From Basidiobolus meristosporus CBS 931.73 (taxonomy: Eukaryota > Fungi > Basidiobolomycota), in NCBI GenBank assembly GCA_002104905.1, contig MCFE01000204.1:66453-130452 (forward strand): 64,000 nucleotides of DNA. Reading direction: 5' to 3'. This document shows positions 55,146-64,000 of this stretch, piece by piece (position 1 is the stretch's first letter; each line of letters starts with the position of its first letter). The notes under the pieces are model-generated. The model searched no databases, had not been told where the DNA came from, and worked only from the letters and a program-made list of their open reading frames with translations. A program made the translations under genes and the position numbers.

Positions 55146-57026
55146 TCCCTGCATTCATCAACTTGAAAGTATATGGCAGACATTTAGCACCATCTACTCT
55201 ATCCATAACATGATCCCAATGAATATTTTCAGACTGAATTGGAGATCCAAATTAGACTTGTCAAGTGATAAATCTTGAGATATGGGCAGATAATCAGCAA
55301 CCTGAGAATCACAAGAGAGGAAAAGTAAAAGTCATGAGTTGCCTTCACTCCATTCCTGCACAATACACATATCAGTTGAAGCCCTCCTATTGTAGCACAA
55401 CACTGATTACTCCAATGTTTTTGCAAGCTAAACTGCAACTGGAGGGGTGGATATGGCAGAAACCATCGATCCCTGAGAACTGATTTAAAGAGTGCTGCAA
55501 CATACAGGGTTATAGGCAAACGAGGTGCCAAATCGAGTACATCATCACCACTTCATCAGTAATGTTAGCTCGGGATTATAGTAATCATCCCGTACCCCGG
55601 CTTGACAACAACGGAACATGCTTCAAGTAGAATGTAGACCCATTCCCGCGTGATGAACACTCGTCAATTCGCGTACTCACCCGCCTGACTATATCGCAAT
55701 TGAGCTACAGGGAAGATGCCAGGGATTGTTCTGTCCCCAGACAACCCAATAAAATCCAGATTCAATAGATTGTTTTTCGCCACGGGGGCGCCGGAAGGAC
55801 TGTGATTTTATGACCATTTCTGGTGTTTCGCTACCGAATAGAACGGCTGAAATCCAGCACTGTCGCCTTTGCGCTATTTGGCTTGGTGATTTCCAAAAAA
55901 CCCTTGCGGCGAGCCATCAGAGTTTGCTTGGACGAAATCAATATGTAACCTTATCTTTCCATCTCGTTTGTTGAACCATCATGGATGAGCCATCGATTAC
56001 ATCATTAATGGAATCGATCCATCGAAATGTAGGGAGGGTCATGATTCGCCAACCTCAACCTATTGCCATGCCCGATCCGTACATTCAATTGCGGGATGGC
56101 TGTGTGCTTCGTTCACCCAATTCTTTCCTTGTTGAGCACTAGTGCACCATATCTTCGAGTAGGTGTCGTTCATGTAGGACCCCTCATATAGAGCGCAATG
56201 TAATACTGTGTCCTTGATCACAGAGTGCCAGCTGCTATCAAAGAGTCCATCGTCTGTTTAACATTAAGGTCATGATACTAATCATTGGAAGGGTTTAATG
56301 TTCCGACGGATTTGGAAGGTCCACCTTTCGCAATGTGCCACAGCTCAGATTACAATTAAATCCACCTTAGCGCTTTCGATCTCATTTCATGGCAGAGCAA
56401 GGCTCGATGCATATTAAAAATATGTTGGCTAGCGACTGTCCAGCCAATTGCCACCGATAGATCCAGTGTTGCGATGAAACAATGACCTATCTATTATGGA
56501 AGTTGTGTATTCAGCGCTTTCAGATTGTATTAACGCATTCTATACCAGGGAGCGTGCTGAAGAGGATGCCGGAGGATGGGCATATATCCCTTTGCATTGG
56601 GGCGGCGATGTAGTTGGTCAGCCGAAGGATCTAACCGCTCCTTGGCGTAGCTATATTAATACCCATTGCTTAAAATTAAACCACCCGCCATAGGCTCGAG
56701 ATGGGCGGATCTGTAGGCCTCGTTAGGTGCTCGTCATCTCCTCACGGCTGGCCATACCCTACAATTAAACGGACATTCTTATTAAGGAAGGCATTTGTCC
56801 CTCAACAAATACGATCTAAAATAGTGGATCCATTTCAATTATATCCAAATGAGAAAAGGTTGGTACGCCAGCCCAACATTTGATATATTGGTGTACTCGA
56901 TATTCTCGAGATATTGGCTTATTTCATATTAGCGTACACCTACCCCAAACCTCATCCAATCTATAAATTTACTGATGCCTCCTCTGTTCGAACCATATCA
57001 CTGTATTTCACATATTCTTTACAGCA

Positions 57027-58206
57027 ATGACTCTTCCTATCAATGATACTCCTCTTTCCGTCTCTAACCTCTCCCCAGAGGAATACAGAAAGCGCAAAGT
57101 AGCCCTCATCAGTGGTATGTAGCTCATCGGTCCGCGCTGCACCGAGGCCTTGTCTTAACGTTGCTTGATTTCTAGGTATCAGTGGTCAAGATGGGTCTTA
57201 CTTGACTGAACTGTTGATCTCCAAGGGATACACCGTGCACGGTATCATCCGTCGCTCCTCATCCTTCAACACTGGTAGAATTGAGCACCTGTACCAAGAC
57301 CGCCACGAGGACGGCTCTCCCAAGATGGTTCTTCACTACGGTGATTTGACCGATTCCACCTGCTTGGTGCACATCATTTCTCAGATCCAACCTACTGAGA
57401 TCTATAACTTGGGTGCTCAGTCCCACGTCAAGGTCTCCTTCGATATGGCCGAGTACACAGCTGATGTTGACGGTCTTGGTACCTTGCGTTTGCTGGATGC
57501 CATCCGTACCTGTGGACTTACCAAGCACGTGCGTTTCTACCAAGCCTCCACCTCCGAGTTGTACGGCCAAGTTGTCGAAACCCCTCAAAAGGAAACCACC
57601 CCCTTCTACCCTCGCTCCCCTTATGGTGTTGCCAAACTCTACGCCTACTGGATCGTTGTCAACTACAGAGAAGCCTATGATATGTATGCTTGCAACGGTA
57701 TTCTGTTCAACCACGAATCTCCCCGCCGTGGCCGTACCTTCGTCACCCGTAAGATCTCCCGTGCCGTTGCCAACATCCACCTTGGAAAGCAAGAATGCAT
57801 CTACTTGGGTAACGTTGACTCCAAGCGTGATTGGGGACACGCTCGTGACTACGTCGAGGGCATGTGGATGATGCTTCAACAAGACAAGGCTGAGGACTTC
57901 GTGTTGGCCACTGGAGAGACCCACACCGTTCGTGAGTATGTTGAGAAAGCCTTCAAGGTTATTGGTAAGGACATTGTTTGGGAAGGAGAGGCTGAGGGAT
58001 TGATCGGAAAGGAGGCTGACACCGGTGTTGTCCGTGTTCGCATTGATCCCAAATACTATCGCCCCACCGAGGTCGATCTCTTGTTGGGCGAGCCCACAAA
58101 GGCTCAAAAGACCATGGGCTGGAAGCGCAAGGTTACTTTCGAAGAACTTGTTCAAGAAATGGTAACTGCCGATATTGAAGGTGTGAAGACCGGTGATCTT
58201 AATTAG
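57027..58206 (+). CDS. GMD: GDP-mannose 4,6-dehydratase, 2 exons
   Basis: RKVALISG|[77 protein letters not shown] and KRDWGHA. ATG at 57027, intron ~57115-57176. Confidence 0.96.
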
Positions 58207-59624
58207 ACTTAGCTCCCAAGTATTCCTTGATTATTCCCCAACTCATCATTTCAATGAATAATATGTAATTTTATTTTTAATTATGCACACCATTATTCCA
58301 CTACAATAAATGATTTCAACGAAATTCTTTTGACGTATCTTCCGGTCATGTAGCCGATGCACCAACTTGGAAACTGTAGCCCTGCCTGAATCCAACGTGC
58401 TGGATTGAACCTGAGAGATCCTGCCCTTGTCTTATCTCCCCAAGCGTAGGATTTCAGGGCTGCAGGAGCGAGTGGAGAGCTCTCGGAGCCTGATCCAATC
58501 GGCACCAGTTTGGAAAACTAAATGAAATTGTGTGACGACCAGCTCATTTCATGATGACGAAAGCATCACCGAATCCACCCTTAAAAACAGCACCATGTCA
58601 ACCACCAAGCGTCCGAATTAGGCAAATCCCCTTTCTGACTAGTTCAATCCAGCCGCTAGCTCCAAGTCATGATCCATGATTTTCTCACCACGACATTTAC
58701 ACTTATAAGTGGTGGAGAGACGATAGATAAAGTGCTGTACCTTCATTTAGCAGCAATCATGTCAACCGAGCATCCTAACTGCAGCTTTGGATTTTGTAGC
58801 TCAAATGGTGGCCTGTGTGGATCATTGCGCAGGGTGTTGGCTGAGGATCTCCATAGTGTGTGTAACCTGTACCGGGCGAGTCTATTAATTACAGTCGATG
58901 TGATTCCAAGGTTGTGGCCAATCACTGGGTAGAAAGTGGCCGAGAGATGGACGGCGCTTGTTCATTGGTTGGGACTAGTGCCAGGATGCTCACCAATTCC
59001 ATAAAGGTAAATTGCCAAACTTGTTGACAGGAACAAGATCATTACTCCTGGCACGCGTTACCATTGACAAATTAGATGGATCGGTCAAGGTTATTTCAAG
59101 GAGTACTGATCTGAGACTGTCAACCACGATACAAGGTGGTTTAGATGAGTTAGAAATGGCTAAAAAAGAGGCTAGCCTGTGTTATATTATGCCCATATGA
59201 CTCCTATTAACATTAGATGGGCATAGATTGGTCTAGATACTTGATATATGCCAAACAATATACCATTCTTGTATTTAGTTATTCAATATAAACTTAGGTA
59301 GCTGGTGGTTGCCATATTCATTAAATATATTTATCAATTGCATTTCCATTGCCAGAGAATCTGGTGAGTGAAGTAGTGTCTCAGTGATGTACAGCCAAAT
59401 AATAGCAGTGCTGTAGTCACTTTAGTGAACAATGCTTTATTTGCAATATAGTTTGCCTCAAAAGTCATCTGAGTTGTAATAATACAAAACATTGTGAACT
59501 TGAAAACTTGGCAATTGATAGTGTTTAGGAAATTGGAAACTTTTAATGCTTAGACTCAATGAGGAAATTAGAAAGCATTTACTAATGCTGTGAAATTCAC
59601 ATCTTAAGTATAAGCTCCACTTGG

Positions 59625-59972
59625 CTTTCTGAAGATTATTCTCCTGTACTCAAGACACTGTTCAGTTGGAAGGGGGGTAGCAAGAGAGGTAAGAATGATT
59701 TGTGAACAACATTGATAAGAGGAATATGATAAGAATTGAAACTCATCATACAAGGAGCCTGCTGCTTTATATTGCTGCCAAAGGTCTGTCAAGTACTTCA
59801 GGTAGGCCAGCTTGGGTTTTTTGGACTGCAGAATATATTGAGCAAACTTCTTGACTTCAGGATCTCCAAGTATTGTTCTCCAGCAGGAGCCAGGTGTAGT
59901 GTGGTGTGTTCTCTTCCAGGCCTTGATTAGTGGGTTGTTGCAGTGGTGAAGTCTGAGATATAACCTGGTTCT
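59625..59972 (-). mobile_element. Fragment B1 of the telomere-associated RT element (post-RT C-terminal region), interrupted by a copia LTR
   Basis: NPLIKAWKRTHHTTPGSCWRTILGDPEVKKFAQYILQSKKPKLAYLKYLTDLWQQY. Near-identical to 60975-61307 and homologous to the C-terminus of the RT ORF at ~61800-61600. Confidence 0.8.
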
Positions 59973-60825
59973 TGTTGTAAAAATTTGTAATTCCACCTGA
60001 ATAATCACCCAACTTAGTCACTTAGATCATTACTTTCAAATCCTAGAGAATACTGACCAAATTCCTTGTTGGGATTTACTTGGAACAATTTCACCAAAAT
60101 ACCAGGTACCCAGAGCATGAAAATTCTCAAAGTGTCCAAATAGCCCCAGACTTTGCACATATGTTCTTGGAACCTTCCTTAACTCATTCTACATGTCTGT
60201 TATGCAAAAACTATGTAAAAGTATAAATACTACTTTTACATTCAATTGATCAATAAGTGAAAACCACATAATCTACTTGTCCTCCCAGTTACTTCCTATA
60301 TCTCCAAGACTCTTACAACAGGTTATGAGCCCCAAGCTGACACTCTCTGTAATGTCTACTACTGCTATTACTGGACTTTTTCCCTCTGCTGAATAGCTGG
60401 ATGGATCTATCTACCAGGTGTGGAAGGTGAAGATGAAGATGCTGTTACAAGAAAGAGGCCTTTGGGATATTGTCATGGGAGAAGAATGCCCCCTAAAAAT
60501 GTGGGAGAGGAAGCTTTGAAGTACCAGAAGAACAATTGAAGTGCCTTTAACTGCTTTTGCCTTAATGTTAAAGACAAATTGCTAATTCAATGCTCAAAAG
60601 CAAAAATGGCAAAGAATGCCTGGAAGGCATTAGAAGACACCTACCAGTCATACTCAGCTGCTAAGAAAATGTATCTGTGACATGTTCATTGACTCTGGAG
60701 CATCTCAGCACTGCACACACCAAAAAGAGCTTCATACCCAATATCAAGAAATTCCAATCAATAAGGTTTTCATAGGTGACAATAGAACACTTGATGCAGT
60801 GGGAGAAGGAACTATCAAAGTTAGG
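59973..60825 (+). mobile_element. Copia 5' LTR (59973-60320), PBS (60321-60332) and gag/protease remnant, cut off by telomeric repeats
   Basis: 348-bp LTR with TGTTGTAA/TTACAACA inverted termini, GGTTATGAGCCC, gag WKVKMKMLLQERGLWDIV and protease FIDSGASQHCT...GEGTIKVR. Confidence 0.9.
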
Positions 60826-60842
60826 GATAGGGATAGGGGGGG
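60821..60842 (+). repeat. Interstitial telomere-like junction TTAGGG ATAGGG ATAGGG G4
   Basis: Read directly. It separates the copia protease sequence from fragment B2. Confidence 0.85.
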
Positions 60843-61307
60843 AGACAGTCACCAACAGGTGAAATCTTTATCTCAGCTGAAACAAAGAAGCCAGTGCTAC
60901 TGTTGTAGCTTTGATGCAAGAATGTGTAGCAGAGGGGAGTTTGTAGGTAAATTAATATGAAGTGATGATAGTTCTTCAGTGCTCAAGACACTGTTCAGTG
61001 GGAAGGGGGGTAGCAAGAGAGGTAAGAATGACTTGTGAACAACATTAATGAGGGGAATGTGATAAGGATTGATATTCATCATAAAGGGAGTGTGCTGCTG
61101 CAGATATTGCTGCCAAAGGTCTGTCAAGTACTTCAGGTAGGCCAGCTTGAGTTTTTCTGACTGCAGAATATAATGAGCAAACTTCTTGACTTCAGGATCA
61201 CCAAGTATAGTTCTCCAGCAGGAGCCAGGTGTAGTGTGGTGTGTTCTCTTTTGGGCCTTAATCAGTGGGTTGTTGCAGTGGTGGAGTCTAAGATATAATC
61301 TGGTTCT
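60843..61307 (-). mobile_element. Fragment B2 of the telomere-associated RT element, with intact 3'-terminal hairpin
   Basis: Encodes ...LTDLWQQYLQQHTPFMMNINPYHIP...PFPLNSVLSTEE...KLQQ*. It ends in GATAAAGATTTCACC-TGTT-GGTGACTGT (sense). Confidence 0.82.
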
Positions 61308-61321
61308 TGTTGTAAAAATTT

Positions 61322-61340
61322 ATAGGGTTAGGGTTAGGGG
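61322..61340 (+). repeat. Interstitial telomeric junction ATAGGGTTAGGGTTAGGGG
   Basis: Read directly, between B2 (plus a 14-nt LTR stub) and element A. Confidence 0.9.
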
Positions 61341-63385
61341 AGGGAAAGTCACCAAGTTGGTGAAATCTTTATTTGAGTTAAGAACTAATCTAAGTACAAA
61401 TAAAGTAGCCAATTAAGTGGTTGAGAACCTCTCTAATAAGTAATCTAATTTATGTTTTGTTTCATCTCTAATGCTTGTTTCAATCAAGTAACGCTCATCA
61501 GGGGTAAATATAAAATTCAAGGGTTTTGGGGAAGTACAAATTTTAGATGTTTCTGATGAATATAATCCAAGACTGGAGCCCAGCCGGGGATTAGGAGTAG
61601 TAGGAAAGGTGTGTGGACTTGTAAGTAGCTCTGCCACATAGATCTTAGATGGTCCTGAGCCAGTAGTCTTGGTTTCTCAGCTTTTTGAAGTATTGAAGCA
61701 AGCTCTGTTACTACAGCAGAGCCAACCAGGGTGTGCCAGCAAGAAGATTTCAGGGAGGAGTTAGATTTAAGCCATTGTTTGATGGAGGGGTTATGTGATT
61801 TCTGAAGTTTGACTAGGAAGGAAGCATGGAAATAGACCATTTGGATTTGGTATGGGTAGAACCCAAAGGCTCCATTAGTTGCATGGATATAGGGAGATAC
61901 TGGAAGATAAGGTACCAAGGATCTGATACACTGATGGAGAAATTTATCCAGGCGGTGAAGTTCTCTGGAGGTTAGGGGTTTAATGTGGAGACCAAATTCA
62001 AGTACCAGCAGTACATACTGCTTCAGAAGTATAGGGATCTTTTGAATTGGAGTGTCTGGAGTGACTACTACCAGAAGCTTTTTGAGAGCCTGTTGGGCAA
62101 GACAGATCCTATTATTCAGATGGAGCTTTGAGTCAATCCCATGTTGACAAAATGGCAGACCTAGATATATTGCAGTTTGTTGTGGCAGAATGCTTGTGTT
62201 CTGTATAGTTGTAGTGCACCCAATTGGGACTGTCTTGGAAATTGAGAGTGAGAGGTTGTTGCCAGCCAAGTACTTCTCAAAGATGGCAGTGTCTGTTATG
62301 GGATTAGGAGTAGCAATCTTGATATTGTCCAAATAGAGAGTTAGTAGAGGATAGGGAGAGTCTGGTGAGGGGCCTTTTGGAAATAAAGGTAAGTTGTGTA
62401 GGAATATCACAAATAGTAAGGGACCTAGTACAGATCCTTGGACTACTCCATTTGGAACCTCATAAGTTTCTGATGTGCAACTTAGATGCAAAATTTTGGC
62501 TGAGTTCTCACAAAATAGAGAACGTACAAGAAGGGTAATTGGTAGTGTGGTAACTGCTAATAGCTTTCTCCAAAGCAGAGCTCTGTCCACAGAGTCAAAG
62601 GCTTTAGTAATGTCAAACAGAATGGTTGGCAATGAGAATTGAAGTGAATGATCATGGCTTAGCACTACAGCCATATCCAAGGAGAGTTTGGGCAAGAAGC
62701 CAAACTGAGAAGGATGGAATGGATATAGCTGAGATTGCAAGGATCTTGCTATTATAAGCTCAAAGATTTTCTGGCAGGCTGGTAGGAGTGAAACTGGCCA
62801 GTAAGAACCTGGGAGTGAGTGTTTCCCCTTCCCTTTGTATAAGGGTATTTCATTTGCCTGTGACCGGGCCTTTGGGGTAGTCAATTGTCAGGCACAGATA
62901 GAGTAGAATGGGATAATTAAGTGACTCATTCTGGAGTAGCACACCCCAAGTAGATTGTAGGTAATCAAGTCATGTCCAGGTGCAGTATTTGCAGGAAGCC
63001 TCTTTGAAATTTTCTCCAGAAGCTTGGCTGCAATCAAAATTGGAGATGTTGGACTGCTGGATATGCTACCAGTATGGTAGAAAGGAGGAGTGGGATGCAT
63101 GGATGAATCACAGAATATAGGGGCCAGTTTATCTGGGGATGGTATACTCCTTGCTTGGGGTCTCATGGTATTGTATACTCTTGATATGGACCTTGTGGTA
63201 GCATTCATATTTAATAAGGGCAAGGTATCCATGATATGAGCCCATATTCTAATATGCTCAGTGATTTGTAGTGACTTAGAATAGGAGATTGCGCTTTCCA
63301 GGAGGTTATGTGTTTTTGGGTTAGGGAAACATAGGTAGCTGGAATTTAAGGCAGAAATGATGGATTTCCATTTAAGTTGGTTTGC
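61341..63385 (-). mobile_element. 5'-truncated non-LTR (LINE-type) retrotransposon A; RT ORF decayed
   Basis: One frame runs from 63385: APGHDLI, IPLYKGKG, YWPVSLL..CQKIFE, SQFGF, LFDITKAFDSVDR.LLWRKL, GVVQGSVLGPLLF, LYLDN, KT and YLG. It has one in-frame TGA (62890-62888) and a 1-nt frameshift (~61525). The 3' end carries AATAAA + hairpin. Confidence 0.9.
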
Positions 63386-63446
63386 AGGGTTAGGGGGAGG
63401 AAAGTCACCAAGTGGTGAAATCTTTATTTACTTATGGGTTAGGGGG
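63386..63446 (+). repeat. Two short telomeric junctions (~63386-63397, ~63436-63446) flanking a ~40-nt copy of only the element 3' end
   Basis: GGGTTAGGGG-AG(G)GAAAGTCACCAAGTGGTGAAATCTTTATTT...-GGGTTAGGGGG. Confidence 0.85.
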
Positions 63447-63770
63447 AGGGAAAGTCACCAAGGTAGGTGAAATCTTTATTTGATTTCAGACAAGTCTAAC
63501 TACAAATAAAGAAGCCAGCTGGGAATAGAAGATTCCCAAAGTAAACACCAAGTTGAATATGAATAAATCTAAGCTAAAGCTAAGGCAGTATCCCAGAGTA
63601 CACTGGAGTTCAGGTTCATGGGGGAGTGAAGCAGATAAGCTTGAGAAATATAATAATCCTTGAGGAAGTGGGTAACAGCAGGTGAAGGGGAGTTTTTGAT
63701 AAGTGAAGTGAATCTTGAGAGCAGAGATTCCTCTAGTGAGAAGGTCTTGTAAACTGGAGAATCGGGAAAC
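63447..63770 (-). mobile_element. Fragment C: terminal 5'-truncated piece with the same 3' hairpin, capped by the telomere
   Basis: Shares GGGAAAGTCACC..GGTGAAATCTTTATTTGA and CTAAnTACAAATAAAGnAGCCA with A. The upstream sequence is only weakly similar to A and B. Confidence 0.72.
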
Positions 63771-63806
63771 TTAGGGTTAGGGTTAGGGTTAGGGTTAGGG
63801 TTAGGG

Positions 63807-63847
<41 letters not shown>

Positions 63848-64000
63848 GGTTAGGGTTAGGGTTAGGGTTAGGGTTAGGGTTAGGGTTAGGGTTAGGGTTA
63901 GGGTTAGGGTTAGGGTTAGGGTTAGGGTTAGGGTTAGGGTTAGGGTTAGGGTTAGGGTTAGGGTTAGGGTTAGGGTTAGGGTTAGGGTTAGGGTTAGGTT
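63771..64000 (+). repeat. Telomere, (TTAGGG)n, G-strand running toward the window end
   Basis: About 38 tandem TTAGGG units, with one TTTAGGG variant near 63825. Confidence 0.99.

Noticed and set aside
57259-58155. 298-aa antisense ORF over GMD (and the 152-aa alternative-frame ORF)
   Set aside because: Shadow of a strongly codon-biased gene; no recognisable motifs.
61473-61503. Hammerhead-like core CTGATGA...GAAAC on the sense strand of element A near its 3' end, tempting because Penelope-like elements carry hammerheads
   Set aside because: The intervening 13 nt do not form stem II, no stem I/III partners were found, and the bases are explained as codons (PDE...IET).
63317-63326. GGGTTAGGG inside element A as another healing junction
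   Set aside because: The reading frame runs through it uninterrupted (codons for FPNP) and no hairpin follows.
61341-63385. Assignment of the telomeric RT to Penelope-like (Athena/Coprina) elements, telomerase or CRE/MoTeR
   Set aside because: The architecture is similar, but the motifs are LINE-type. No Penelope MGxPLS, TERT T-motif or C-terminal restriction-like nuclease is visible.
1-64000. tRNA, rRNA or CRISPR arrays
   Set aside because: None recognised. The repeats present are LTRs, retroelement ends and telomeric hexamers.

Overview
Right-hand end of a chromosome from an intron-rich fungus. It is probably an early-diverging lineage, inferred from the GDP-mannose 4,6-dehydratase gene, short GT-AG introns and TTAGGG telomere. 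Positions 1-45.5 kb hold ordinary housekeeping genes: ALDH, PMP3, UBC12, perilipin-like, PSY2, TPS2, kelch protein, phosphoesterase, pirin, OSBP/KES1-like, Gti1/Pac2, ISA1 (apparently frameshifted), DOA4/USP8 and KEX1. From about 46 kb the sequence is a CpG-depleted subtelomere of nested Ty1/copia remnants with a ~350-bp LTR and a Ty5-type half-tRNA primer site. One intact GMD gene sits as an island in it, and the window ends in a (TTAGGG)n telomere (63771-64000). The most striking structure is the last ~3.2 kb: a head-to-tail array of four 5'-truncated pieces of a LINE-type reverse-transcriptase element. All point away from the telomere, each ends in the same AATAAA/GATAAA + stem-bulge-stem hairpin, and each is joined to the previous DNA through a short telomeric repeat. 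This is the pattern expected if the chromosome end was repeatedly extended by retrotransposition onto the telomeric 3' end and re-capped. Exon boundaries were read by eye, and no database searches or counts were run.
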